Assembly: GCF_032444005.1 (NCBI RefSeq)
Contig: NC_091291.1
Location: 20,336,001 to 20,400,000, forward strand
Source: Ranitomeya imitator
Lineage: Eukaryota
Reading direction: 5' to 3'
Length of the DNA: 64,000 nt
Under the pieces are notes generated by a model. The model saw nothing but the letters and a program-made list of their open reading frames with translations, had not been told where the DNA came from and made no database searches. Shown here one piece after another: positions 35,600 through 48,738 of the stretch. The position numbers were made by a program, and so were the translations under genes. Each line of letters starts with the position of its first letter. Within the stretch, counting starts at the first letter, position 1.

Positions 35600-35913
35600 G
35601 TGCTATGACAAGTTCAAGCTTAAGTCCAGTGGGCTGCTAGGGTCAGCATGTGTCTACCATTTGAGATAGTGGAATGCAACGCAATACTGTAATCCCGAGC
35701 GGACTCTCCTGACCCTCCCGAGCCCAAGATCTGACATAGGGGCTGCCTGGCACATTGTGCTATGACAAGTTCAAGCTTAAGTCCAGTGGGCTGCTAGGGT
35801 CAGCATGTGTCTACCATTTGAGATAATGGAATGCAACGCAATACTGTAATCCCGAGCAGACTCTCCTGACCCTCCCGCGCCCAAGATCTGACATAGGGGC
35901 TGCCAGGCACATT
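35600..35913. repeat. 157-bp tandem duplication
   Basis: GTGCTATGACAAGTTCAAGCTTAAGTCC starts at 35600 and at 35757, and the copies are near-identical. Confidence 0.9.
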
Positions 35914-36952
35914 GTGTTCTTTGGCGAGCAAGGGATGATGGGCAGGGGCCAGCCAAGATAAAAGGTCATGGATCCCAGGTGCACTGCCGAACAGGAAGAG
36001 AGATCCCAAAGGATAACAGAGCCAGCGGGCAAAGGAATGCTCAAGGAGGAACGATTGGTAGGATTGAAGATGTGCTGTGCTAAGAAAGTAAGGAATATGA
36101 ATCACTGTGCCCTATCCAACGTGTTACCACTTGACACTTGAACTTGCATTGACTGCTAAACTTTGCTTGCTGTAATAGAGTTGGTGCCCCCGAATTGTGT
36201 GTGGGGATTCTGAAGATGGAGGCCTGGAGACAATGGAGGTCTGTGGCCTACAAGTGAGTGTGTTGCACCCCACCCCTGAAAACACAAACAATATTTGCCT
36301 GTGAAGTGCCAGAATGCAACCGGACAGTAGCTCGGTCAAGACTACCACTCTCGCGCACAATACACCAGCATAGTGTAACCCGACTTTATACAATTTCATA
36401 ACAATAAATCTAATACCTCACTGAGGCAATACTAATCTAGTCCAATCTAACACAATTCAAGCTAATTTAAATTGAACGGATCCATTCACACTCAATTTAC
36501 TCTAATTCGGTCCATCCAATGTAATCTGTCATCATCTAGCATCAAAATATGATCGTGCTATCATTCCATTTCCTCTTCTACCAGTGATTCATGGGCTCTC
36601 CATCAGTCATCTCTTCATGTTCTTCCCTTTTTTTGTAGATGAAAGGTCAGGAGCTGCAATGTAGAAGTCAATGCTAGGAAACAAAAAATCCACTGAACTG
36701 AACATGTACAGTATGTCAGATCAATCCAATAAACCTATCGAATTAATATTTTGCTTAACACCTGATTATTGCAGACTTTATCTTTTCTTCACAGTCTGTT
36801 CTCTATTAGCGAACCAAATTAAAATGTGCAAGAAGCAGCTAGCATCTTATGAAAGGCCCATTCACAGAATGATGGTGGTACCTTACTGCTGGAAAACTAA
36901 TCAGTAGTTATTGTCCTTGCAGAGGCACAATAGGCTTAGTGGTTGCTCAAGC

Positions 36953-37638
36953 CTAACCATGACATACAAAGCCATCCACAACCTGTCTCCTCCATACATC
37001 TGTGACCTCGTCTCCCGGTACTTTCCTGCATGCAACCTCCGATCCTCACAAGATCTCCTTCTCTACTCCCCTCTTATCTCCTCTTCCCACAATCGCATAC
37101 AAGATTTCTCTCGTGCATCCCCCCTACTCTGTAACTCTCTACCACAACATATCATTCTCTCACCTACCATCGAAACCTTCAAAAAGAACCTGAAGACCCA
37201 CCTCTTCCGACAAGCCTACAGCCTGCAGTAACCACTGATTGACCAAACCGCTGCACAACCAGCTCTACCCTCACCTACTGTATCCTCACCCATCCCTTGT
37301 AGATTGTGAGCCCTCGCGGGCAGGGTCCTCTCTCCTCCTGTATCCTCACCCATCCCTTGTAGATTGTTAGCCCTCGCGGGCAGGGTCCTCTCTCCTCCTG
37401 TATCCTCACCCATCCCTTGTAGATTGTGAGCCCTCGCGGCCAGGGTCCTCTCTCCTCCTGTATCCTCACCCATCCCTTGTAGATTGTGAGCCCTCGCGGG
37501 CAGGGTCCTCTCTCCTCCTGTACCAGTTGTGACTTGTATTGTTCAAGATTATTGTACTTGTTTTATTATGTATACCCCTCCTCACATGTAAAGTGCCATG
37601 GAATAAATGGCGCTATAATAATAAATAATAATAATAAT
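36953..37638 (+). mobile_element. 3' fragment of an L2 LINE with a 4 x 60-bp expansion in its 3' UTR
   Basis: TMTYKAIHNLSPPYI...FKKNLKTHLFRQAY. The 60-bp unit repeats at 37279-37518. The tail is GGCGCTATAATAATAAAT(AAT)n. Confidence 0.92.
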
Positions 37639-37644
37639 ACTACA

Positions 37645-39400
37645 GTAACTTGTACATGTTAGATAATAAATGGAGAACTTTGTCTATGATTGGGATTTAC
37701 CTAAATATTCTCTTCACAAAGCCAGGAGAACTGTACGGCACATCACAAGTCCTAAAGGAGGTCTAGCGGCATCCATGGAACTTGACAACTCTTGCACAAA
37801 CCAACGGTGCAGCTAAAGGTCTCTAGGCGACGCCTTGGAAGATTCTCACAAGCTCTTGGACATTCTCTCCTAAGGGATTCCTCGTGACCACACATACCAA
37901 CAAACATGAACAAAGAATGCAATCCCCACCTAGCACATAAACTCTGCTGCTTTTTATTCCGATACAGCCCCCAATATAGTGTCAGTTTGTATATGAAAAA
38001 TAAAGACAGTCCTAGTAAATTCAGACTCCCAAAAATTCGACAGTATTACCTTCAGATTTGCAATCTCTTAGGCTTTTCATGACATCTCCGAGAACTCCCT
38101 GGTACTCACGGTCTGAATCCATGGGTGACCATGATAGTTTAAATTGATGCTTAACATGGCTGCTATTCTATTCTGCAGCTGTTCATCACAATTTCCTAGC
38201 CAACTTCATCTGCACGCTCGTTGTTAACTCCCTCAGACTTAAGCCCCCGTCACACATAGCGAGATCGCTAGCGAGATCGCTGCTGAGTCACAAGTTTTGT
38301 GACGCAACAGCGACCTCAGTAGCGATCTCGCTATGTGTGACACGTAGCAGCGACCAGGCCCCTGCTGTGAGATCGCTGGTCATGTCGGAATGGCCTGGAT
38401 CGTTTTTTGATCGTTGAGGTCCCGCTGAGTAGCACACATCGCTATGTTTGACACCTTACCAACGACCTCGTTGACAGGACGTCCCATTGAATCGTCATGA
38501 AATAGCATCGTTGTACAGGTCGCTACAGGTCGCCGCATCGCTGCTGCGTCGTTGGGGAGATCTCACTGTTTGACATCTCACCAGTGACCACATAGCGACG
38601 CAGCAACGATCCCTGACAGGTCGGATCGTTGTCGGGATTGCTTAAGCGTCGCTATGTGTGACGGGGCCTTTAGACGTCTGTACTCTTTGTTAGCAGCTTT
38701 CACCCTTATTGTGCACAATCTCACATGCTGACTTCGTTACAGATAATGTTGAGCATGAAGAACCACTCTGCCCTACACGGGTTGCCAGCATAGTCCTTCG
38801 AGCCAGCCAAACCAGGGCAGTCTTCGAGTCTTCTGCCGGCGTCGTAAGCACCTCAGGAGATTACTAGATTCTGGAGTGTCATGGATTCTGGAGCATCCAG
38901 GATGCTAAGGATGCTTGTCGCAGTAGTAAAGCCTGTCCTAGTCCGTCATGGAAGTCCAGACTGGGTGCTTTGAATTTCTTTTCTCAACTCCAATTTTCGA
39001 CACACCTAAACCCCACCAACCCAGTTAGCCCTATAACGTTGACCTTTACATCAGTAGTAGGTAGGAATGTATTGACCTTGTTGACTGAGATACCTCCTCT
39101 TTCTGCAGGATGGAATCTGAGAAACTCATTAACGACTTCATCAAACTGAGAGGAGATGGTGGCTTTACCGATTAGACCAACTCTTACCCAACGCTCAGGA
39201 CTTTCGACTGGCACCAGATAGCAATGTATCTCACAATACACTAGAGTATCACTAAACATTTCTTTGTGAAGGGAACATGAGGGCTAGATCAGGCTCACCC
39301 TCCTAACACACATACTGGGCAATAACGGGGAACCTGGCTTCCTTTACGTGCCAGGAGAAATAGCTTCCATAACATTTGGGGTTTTCCTTCACCTTTCAGG
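37645..39400 (-). pseudogene. Decayed reading frame, candidate endogenous bornavirus-like L polymerase fragment (EBLL-like)
   Basis: Unique, coding-like sequence with many stops and frameshifts, split by a MITE. The ordered motifs CPVC, GLIGK..(24)..ISV..LP, PSLDFH..G..NP, LSWS, VLGGD and CDVPYSSP..KRIFR*I resemble my recollection of the Borna disease virus L C-terminal region. Not verified by search. Confidence 0.45.
38242..38669. mobile_element. PIF/Harbinger-type MITE with a TTA TSD
   Basis: TIRs AGCCCCCGTCACACATAGCGA / TCGCTATGTGTGACGGGGCCT. TTA at 38239-41 and 38670-72. Internal palindromic CGCT/AGCG repeats. Confidence 0.9.
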
Positions 39401-40475
39401 ACTTAAAAAATGTAAAAACATAATATAAAAATTAAATTGTCAGCCATGTGGACAATCTATAATGAGCCATATATAGGGAAGGAAGCCAAACTAACTAGTA
39501 GAGGGACGGGAATAATGAAGGTGGAAAAACCTTAACTCTTGATGCGTTGTGGGGTTGAGAGAACGAGATAATGATACTGATTCCTCCTACTTCCTCCTTC
39601 ACAGACTTTAGTTTTCTCGTTTAGTTCTTAGAATCTCTTATCTCAGGTTTCGGGCTAAGACTCGGAAGATCTGAATTTCACAATTTTTTCTGGTTAAACC
39701 CTCCTCCCAGCTTCCGTGTGCTTCTTGCACATACTGAGATTATCAGTCACACTGCTGATTGAGTGCTAACACTGCGCAGTAGGACAAAGGATGATAAAAG
39801 AGGACCTATCAGAAGGTGAAAGATGATCGGTTTTCTGAATTTGTTTTATTTCCACTGCTTCCTTCAGTATTCCAATTTTTCTTTCTAAAAACCCCTCCAG
39901 TTTCAGACTTTTCATGTATACAGATGAGTCTCATGACACGCCCCAGAGGATCCAGTAAGCACTGTCTCTTTAGTAAAGACCATACAAATCAGCACTGAAA
40001 AAAAAGTATTTTCACTGGTACCATACATAGAATCTTCAAATAAAAAAAGGTAACAAACACTGAAAGGAGCAACGGGAAGAACAAGAAAAACTGTCCACAA
40101 TTAGCCTCGTAATATCTTTAAATTTTGCTTTTAATCACATAAGTTTAGTGACTGGGTGTAATACAAGGAATTAGGAGGCTGATGAAGAGCTTCTAATACT
40201 TTCCAGGAGTAAATCCTGACGTCAGCTTTCCTTTCAGTTAAAATAAAAATTAACAGTGAATATTAGTCCTTTTTAATCAGTTGTTAAGTCAATTTGTACA
40301 ATATTTTTGTTTCTGAGAAAGTTTAATGACATCCAAAATAGTAAAAATGGGAGCCACTCAACTTTTCCAGGATCATTAATACAAAATAAATCAAGTAATG
40401 TTGGAATAAAGAAATGACATGTGTAACTAGGGTGTTTGGTTAGTTTCCTGTTCCGAGGTTTACAGAGCTGGAAAT

Positions 40476-43400
40476 GCTGCTCTGGAGTATAATACAGGAT
40501 ATAACTCAGGATCAGTAATGTAATGTATGTACACAGTGACTGTACCAGCAGAATAGTGAGTGCAGCTCTGGGGTATAATACAGGATGTAACTCAGGATCA
40601 GTAATGTAATGTATGTACACAGTGACTGCACCAGCAGAATAGTGAGTGCAGCTCTGGGGTATAATACAGGATGTAACTCAGGATCAGTAATATAATGTAT
40701 GTACACAGTGACTGCACCAGCAGAATAGTGAGTGCAGCTCTGGAGTATAATACAGGATATAACTCAGGATCAGTAATGTAATGTATGTACACAGTGACTG
40801 TACCAGCAGAATAGTGAGTGCAGCTCTGGGGTATAATACAGGATGTAACTCAGGATCAGTAATGTAATGTATGTACACAGTGACTGCACCAGCAGAATAG
40901 TGAGTGCAGCTCTGGGGTATAATACAGGATGTAACTCAGGATCAGTAATATAATGTATGTACACAGTGACTGCACCAGCAGAATAGTGAGTGCAGCTCTG
41001 GAGTATAATACAGGATATAACTCAGGATCAGTAATGTAATGTATGTACACAGTGACTGTACCAGCAGAATAGTGAGTGCAGCTCTGGGGTATAATACAGG
41101 ATGTAACTCAGGATCAGTAATATAATGTATGTACACAGTGACTGCACCAGCAGAATAGCGAGTGCAGCTCTGGGGTATAATACAGGATGTAACTCAGGAT
41201 CAGTAATATAATGTATGTACACAGTGACTGCACCAGTAGAATAGTGAGTGCAGCTCTGGGGTATAATACAGGATATACAGGATCAGTAATGTAATGTATG
41301 TACACAGTGACTGCACCAGTAGAATAGTGAGTGCAGCTCTGGAGTATAATACAGGATATAACTCAGGATAAGTAATGTAATGTATGTACACAGTGACTGC
41401 ACCAGCAGAATAGTGAGTGCAGCTCTGGGGTATAATACAGGATGTAACTCAGGATCAGTAATGTAATGTATGTACACAGTGACTGCACCAGCAGAATAGT
41501 AAGTGCAGCTCTGGGGTATAATACAGGATGTAACTCAGGATCAGTAATATAATGTATGTACACAGTGACTGCACCAGCAGAATAGTGAGTGCAGCTCTGG
41601 GGTATAATACAGGATGTAACTCAGGATCAGTAATATAATGTATGTACACAGTGACTGCACCAGCAGAATAGTGAGTGCAGCTCTGGAGTATAATACAGGA
41701 TGTAACTCAGGATCAGTAATGTAATGTATGTACACAGTGACTGCACCAGTAGAATAGTGAGTGCAGCTCTGGGGTATAATACAGGATATAACTCAGGATC
41801 AGTAATGTAATGTATGTACACAGTGACTGCACCAGTAGAATAGTGAGTGCAGCTCTGGGGTATAATACAGGATATAACTCAGGATCAGTAATGTAATGTA
41901 TGTACACAGTGACTGCACCAGTAGAATAGTGAGTGCAGCTCTGGAGTATAATACAGGATGTAACTCAAGATCAGTAATGTATGTGCACAGTGACTGCACC
42001 AGCAGAATAGTGAGTGCAGCTCTGGGGTATAATACAGGAGGTAACTCAGGATCAGTAATGTAATGTATGTACACAGTGACTGCACCAGCAGAATAGTGAG
42101 TGCAGCTCTGGAGTATAATACAGGATTTAACTCAGGATCAGTAATGTAATGTATGTACACAGTGATTGCACCAGCAGAATAGTGAGTGCAGCTCTGGAGT
42201 ATAATACAGGATGTAACTCAGGATCAGTAATGTAATGTATGTACACAGTGACTGCACCAGCAGAATAGTGAGTGCAGCTCTGGAGTATAAAACAGGATGT
42301 AACTCAGGATCAGTAATGTAATGTATGTACACAGTGACCGCACCAGCAGAATAGTGAGTGCAGTTCTGGAGTATAATACAGGATGTAACTCAGGATCAGT
42401 AATGTAATATATGTACACAATGACTACACCAGCAGAATAGTGAGTGCAGCTCTGGAGTATAATACAGGATGTAACTCAGGATCAGTAATGTATGTGCACA
42501 GTGACTGCACCAGCAGAATAGTGAGTGCAGCTCTGGGGTATAATACAGGAGGTAACTCAGGATCAGTAATGTAATGTATGTACACAGTGACTGCACCAGC
42601 AGAATAGTGAGTGCAGCTCTGGAGTATAATACAGGATGTAACTCAGGATCAGTAATGTAATGTATGTACACAGTGAGTACACCAGCAGAATAGTGAGTGC
42701 AGCTCTGGAGTATAATACAGGATGTAACTCAGGATCAGTAATGTAATGTATGTACACAGTGACTGCACCAGCAGAATAGTGAGTGCAGCTCTGGGGTATA
42801 ATACAGGATGTAACTCAGGATCAGTAATGTAATGTATGTACACAGTGACTGCACCAGCAGAATAGTGAGTGCAGCTCTGGAGTATAATACAGGATGTAAC
42901 TCAGGATCAGTAATGTAATGTATGTACACACTGACTGCACCAGCAGAATAGTGAGTGCAGCTCTGGGGTATAATACAGGATGTAACTCAGGATCAGTAAT
43001 GTAATGTATAAACACAGTGACTGCACCAGCAGAATAGTGAGTGCAGCTCTGGAGTATAATACAGGATGTAACTCAGGATCAGTAATGTAATGTATGTACA
43101 CAGTGACTGCACCAGCAGAATAGTGAGTGCAGCTCTGGAGTATAATACAGGATGTAACTCAGTATCAGTAATGTAATGTATGTACACAGTGACTGCACCA
43201 GCACAATAGTGAGTGCAGCTCTGGAGAATAATACTGGATGTAACTCAGGATCAGTAATGTATGTGCACAGTGACTGCACCAGCAGAATAGTGAGTGCAGT
43301 TCTGGAGTATAATACAGGATGTAACTCAGGATCAGTAATGTAATGTATGTACACAGTGACTGCACCAGCAGAATAGTGAGTGCAGCTCTGGAGTATAATA

Positions 43401-43675
43401 CAGGATGTAACTCAGGATCAGTAATGTAATGTATAAACACAGTGACTGCACCAGCAGAATAGTGAGTGCAGCTCTGGGGTATAATACAGGATATAACTCA
43501 GGATCAGTAATGTAATGTATGTACACAGTGACTGCACCAGCAGAATAGTGAGTGCAGCTCTGGAGTATAATACAGGATGAAACTCAGGATCAGTAATGTA
43601 ATGTATGTACACAGTGACTGCACCAGCAGAATAGTGAGTGCAGCTCTGGGGTATAATACAGGATGTAACTCAGTA
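40476..43675 (+). repeat. 86-bp satellite array 2 (about 37 units)
   Basis: Same unit and orientation as array 1. There is a 258-bp three-unit period at its start and a decayed unit to about 43740. Confidence 0.98.
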
Positions 43676-43800
43676 TAAGTGCAGTATCCGTAATGTAATT
43701 TATGCACATAGTGACTTTTTCTGCAGAATTGTGAGCATTCATATTATACTTATACTGACAAGGTTAACAACAGTGAATGTCATTTCTTTTGAGGGTTTTA

Positions 43801-44136
43801 GGTATGCGCACACGTGTTCTGGAGGACTGCGTTTTTTTCCGCAGCAGATTTGGAAAAACCGCAGTGCAAAACGGCTGCAGTTTTTCCTGCGGATTTATCG
43901 CGGTTTTTACTGCGGATTCCGCTGCGGCTTTACACCCGCAATTTTCTATTGGAGCAGGTGTAAAACCGCAGCGGAATCCGCACAAAGAATTGACATGCTG
44001 CGAAATGTAAACCGCTGCGTTTCCTTCTGCAGCATGTGCATTGCGGATTTCGTTTCCCATTGGTTAACATGGTACTGTAAACTCATGGGAAACCGCTGCA
44101 GACCCGCAGCAAAATCCGCAGCGTGTGCACATACCC
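43801..44136. mobile_element. PIF/Harbinger-type MITE with a TTA TSD
   Basis: TTA|GGTATGCGCACACG ... CGTGTGCACATACCC|TTA, with internal GCGG/CCGC palindromic repeats. Confidence 0.85.
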
Positions 44137-45029
44137 TTATAAGGAATGATGTATAAAGTTATAGATTTTTTTTGCAGGGAACAATTCAGTTGGACAATAA
44201 TGCACCAATATAAAAAAATGTATATTTTTTTAAATACTCCAAATCTAAAAATATTTTTTTTCTGGTGTCTTGTGTCTGGAGATCTGAGTGTTCTGCTCGT
44301 CATCGTCATGCGCTCATCGCTCTGGACCAGGCTGAGTAGAAGTAAATCCTGATGAATAAGACAATAGGTGTGATTGTTCCCCTCGATAATAAGTTATAGC
44401 GCGGACGTATGTGTTACTTGCCATGAGGCGGACAATATTCACATTTTCTCAGAACTTGTCATCTTCCAGAAGAAAAGAAAGCGTTTTTTTTTTATTTTTT
44501 TCTGGTCTGACTCACTAATTACAGAGTCAAGAAGAACCTCAAAGAGTATAGTGATGCTGTTTCCGCAGAACACACTGAAAAAGGCGCATGTTTAACCCCC
44601 AATTTAGTTAAAAGAAAGAAAAGTTTGGTGCAGTGTTTTAATTTTCATTTTTTTCTTACTCCTATTGGATTAGCCAGTGAAAGTGTTAAAATTTGATAGT
44701 CCCAATATCCATAAATCAAAGCGTATGACCTAAGAACGCTCCACTGTCCAGGACATTCAAAGATAACCTCTTAGGCAAATGTGTTCATTAAAAAATTTAC
44801 AATGTTTAATTAAAATTTTTTTTTTTTAAAAAAAGCAACAAATCATAATTCATGAATTTAAATTCAATATAATATTAACAAGATGTCTCTTGTGTGAGGG
44901 AAGACCTGCCATTAAAAAAAAAGCGTTTATATTGTTTTCAACGTAAATGTCAATAAGAGGATTACATTTAACGGAATCCCATTCACTTTTCAATAGGTTT
45001 GTATGCCAAGTAAAAAAATTCCCAATTTG

Positions 45030-45435
45030 TCAAGCCTTCTATCAAAGCAACCTGGGCTTCCATAACCTCTCAGCAGCGTCACAGACTGATCACTTCTATG
45101 TCACGCCACATTGATGCAGTACTTGATGCAAAAGGAGCCGCAACCAAGTATTGAGGGCATTTACTGAACAGACATTTCAGTAGGCCAACATTTCTCATTT
45201 TATAATCATTTTTCAAGCTGGTGTTATAAAGTATTCTAATTTACTGAGATAGTGACTTTTGGGTTTTCATTGGCTGCCTGTAAGCCATAATCATCAACAT
45301 TAACAGAAATACACTCATGAAATAGATCACTCTGTCTGTAATGACTCTATATAATATATGAGGTTCACTTTTTGTATTGAAGAACTGAAACTAATTAACT
45401 TTGTGATGATATTCTCATTTAGCGAGAAGCACCGG
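45030..45435 (+). mobile_element. 3' fragment of the same Tc1 family as 2767-5030, carrying the uninterrupted TIR
   Basis: Encodes the ...IDAVLDAKGAATKY stop and is followed by a TIR that is the reverse complement of 2767-2854 plus 4380-4480. It ends next to TA. Confidence 0.88.
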
Positions 45436-46577
45436 TAGATGAGTAGACTTTTGGAATTAGGATGAAAGAGATGAGGGATGGCAGTTCTGGAGAAGCAGCA
45501 GAGTCCTGTTTTAATATCGGACTCCTAAAGGGGTACGTTAAAATCTTTGAGTCCCAAATGTAAAACAGGACCCTCAACTATGATGGTCGAATATAAAACT
45601 TGTCTCATTATGCATCATGCTTGGCAGCCAAAGTCGAGGAATGAATTCAACCACAGCACCCTCTCCAGTTACTCCCCTAGTGGCTCCTCTTGATTTATGT
45701 ATTCACCTGAATGCCTTTAAATAAAACCCTTTAGAAGGTGAAAAATGGGCAGTTTTTTTGCTCTTTTTTTACTTCCACTGCTCCCCTAAGAATTCTGGTT
45801 TTTGTAAGTCCACCATATGGTTATAGGGATATGGGGCTTTATTTAGTGTTCATTTTTATGTTTTTTCTTACTAAGGAGGAGTGGCTTCAAGGATCCTCGG
45901 GGGCGTGTCATCAGGCTGATTTGCATTATTATCCTGTGAGTGACGTTCCCCTAGGTGAAGACCATAAAATTAGCACAAAATAAAAAAAATATATAAATGG
46001 GAATAAAACAAGAGCAAAAACAAGAACAACATTATATTTTAGTTGGTGACAGGTCCTCTTTAAGTGAAAAACAAGAGCAAAAACAAGGGCAAAGTTTCAT
46101 CTGGTGACAGGTCCTCTTTAAGTGAAATATTGAAATCTTTGCCAACATCACAACCAGCCAAAGTAACCCGAGACCTTGCCCAGAAAGTCTGGACCATCAC
46201 TCAAGAGTCCTGCAGAGATATGGGTGGTTGGACAACAGGATCCTCGCACTGTATGATATTGTGTTCCGGATACTATTTTTCATTTTTGTAACCACATAAT
46301 TATTCTGCCGATTTCTTAGATTGCAGACTGTTCCTGGAATATATATTTTTTTGATTTGTATCTATAGACCTCTTTCCATTTTCAGTAAATCGACAGGAAA
46401 GACCAAATCTTGACATCTGCCCACAAGTTGTTTGCTGTTTTTTTTTTCAGGTCCTCTTTTAGCTGATTTCGTGAAAAGTCTTTTAAAGTTGTATTTAAAC
46501 CAAACTAAAGGAAAAAGTAGAATGCTTCCCGGGCAGAGTGAAGACAAGGTGCGTCTTCTCTTGATCTTTGTTAATTA

Positions 46578-46623
46578 ATACAACGCATTTCGAAGTTGAG
46601 TTGACTCCTTCATCAGGAGTATG
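46578..46623 (-). ncRNA. Decayed type I hammerhead motif
   Basis: ATACTC-CTGATGA-A-GGAGT CAACTCA ACTTC-GAAA-TGC-GTT-GTAT. The core is intact, while stems I and III are damaged. Confidence 0.6.
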
Positions 46624-48039
46624 TTATACAGAGCCTCCTCCCTTATATAGGGGCGGGAAGAAACTTCTGCAGAACTTAAAGCTCTAAATAATTAAAACCA
46701 ACAATTTATACACGTTACATATGTAAAATTTGTAGCAAAAGAGCCAATTGTTGTACATAAAAGTGAAATATGTTGACTATATGTATGACGTCTTAAAACT
46801 GTATATGAAAAAATAATGCAAAAATTATACATAAAATATATATTTTTTTAATTCTACATATTTGGGGACTTCTTCTGACTGTGGATCTGCTGGAACTTGA
46901 GACGATGTGTAGCACCCTGCGGCGGCCACTATAAGTAGACGGCCAGCTCCATAAGTAAGTACTTCCGGCCGGCCGACCGACACCGATAACAGCTGATCGA
47001 TGGGGGGTGCCGGGTACCGATCAGAAATTGATGACCTATCCTAAGTGTAGGCCATCAATGTAAAAGTAGTGGACAACCTCTTTAAAGTTGTGTCATTGGG
47101 GTTGATGTTTTTTGTTTTTTAAGGGCAATTTTTTTTCTAAAAATGCCGAGAAACACCGAAATGTCTCACTGAACGCTCTACTGTTACAAAGAACTGAGAA
47201 GGGGAAGTTTTTTTTTAAAGATGGAACCTAAATATTCAAATTGCCTCTTCAGAAAGGAAGAGGACTTGATCTCTATCGCCACCTATAGGAAGTAGCAATT
47301 CTAAATGTCAATATGGGCCCCCTCAATGAGCTTTGCCACATGACTTGGAATAAAAGCCAAACCAGAATCTCAGTTTGCAGAAAAGGAAGTGCTTGTGTCA
47401 CGCCCTGTCCCAGCACTAGGAGTGTTCCTTTAAGGCTGTCGCGAGTTGCGTCACCTTTCCAGCATTCATTGATGGGATGGTTGGTAAAGCTGCAGAGCTC
47501 TTCTATCCACAGAGATTTTGTGGTCACAGCTGCGCCTTGTGGCTTCAGGGTCTCTCATTGTCCTGCCGCTGACCGTTCTGTCCCAGGGGCCCTCTTTCTG
47601 CCTCATACCAACTTTTATATTTTGCTTTTTCGATATTTGCTAAAAGAAATGAATCATTCAGAAATAACCCTCTAGCTGCCGGGAAGAGGCCGTCTATTCT
47701 ATGGTGCTATATGGTGGTAATATATGATATCTATATGGAATCTTTATACTATTTGGCACTATATAGTGAGATTATGTAGTATATACACAGTCATATTATC
47801 TTGGGGGTATCATTTGGAATCAGTTTAATATTTGGCAGTATTACGTAGAATCAGTATGACAGTATTAGTTTTGGGAGTATCATTTTTAATCTAGTTTGGT
47901 GTCGGTTTATTATTTGGCAATGTATGGTGCTTGGCAGGGGGTGACCACAGACCATTTCTCTGTTCTCATCCTTTTTGCCTGTTGTTTTGGTAACTTTTGC
48001 ATTTTGTCATTGATCTAAACCCTAGTGGTACTGTAACAT

Positions 48040-48400
48040 TAGGCAGAAGTTGCTCAGGTAGTGCAGCTCATCCAGGATGGCACATCAATGCGAGCTGTGG
48101 CAAGAAGGGTAGATGTGTTTGTCAGCACAGTATCCAGAGCATGGAGCAGATACCAGGAAAAAGGCCGGTACAGTAGGAGACATGGAGGCGGCTGTAGGAG
48201 GGCAACAATTCAGCAGCAGGACCGCCTCCTCCACCTTTGTGCAAGGAGGAACAGGAGAAGCAGTGCCACAGCCCTGCAAAATAACTTTCAGCAGGGCACT
48301 AACATCCATGTGTCTGCTGAAACTGTCAGAATTAAACACCATGAGAGTGGTACGAGGGCCCAAAGTCCACAAGTGGGTGTTCTGCTTATAGCCCAACACT
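48040..48400 (+). mobile_element. Tc1 transposase N-terminal (HTH) fragment
   Basis: [10 protein letters not shown]...[24 protein letters not shown] pattern of a Tc1 paired-like domain. No TIR or DDE part is visible. Confidence 0.8.
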
Positions 48401-48700
48401 GTGCAACAAGTAGATGTTTATATAAGGAATGTCAGCTCAGAATGATGGAGTTAGCTTGATAATGCCAGATAATACTTATTAACACCAGGGCTGAGTTGGA
48501 TAACAGCAAACATCTTTTTTTGTGAGACCCAAAAAGTAAATAGATAAAAGTGCAGATGGAACCATAATGGTAAAAAAGGAAAGGGGAAGGGGTCAACACA
48601 GTTCCTTTGGAACTGTGACTTCAGTAAAACTGAGGGTACACTGGCACAATAAAAAGATGTAAGTATGTTACCTGGATGGAGGAAGGCTCCGCTGCGGTGC

Positions 48701-48738
48701 ACACCCCGACGCGCGTTTCGGACTATGTCCTCCGTCCC
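48701..48738 (-). other. Hammerhead-like remnant of the same family as 34566-34611
   Basis: Minus strand GGAC ATA GTCC-GAAAC-GCGC-GTC-GGGGTGTGC. The CTGANGA part is decayed. Confidence 0.5.

Noticed and set aside
35800-36420. Possible Ngaro/DIRS tyrosine-recombinase or SGNH remnant (WIGHS-like motif on the minus strand)
   Set aside because: Only one or two short motifs amid many stops, too weak to call.
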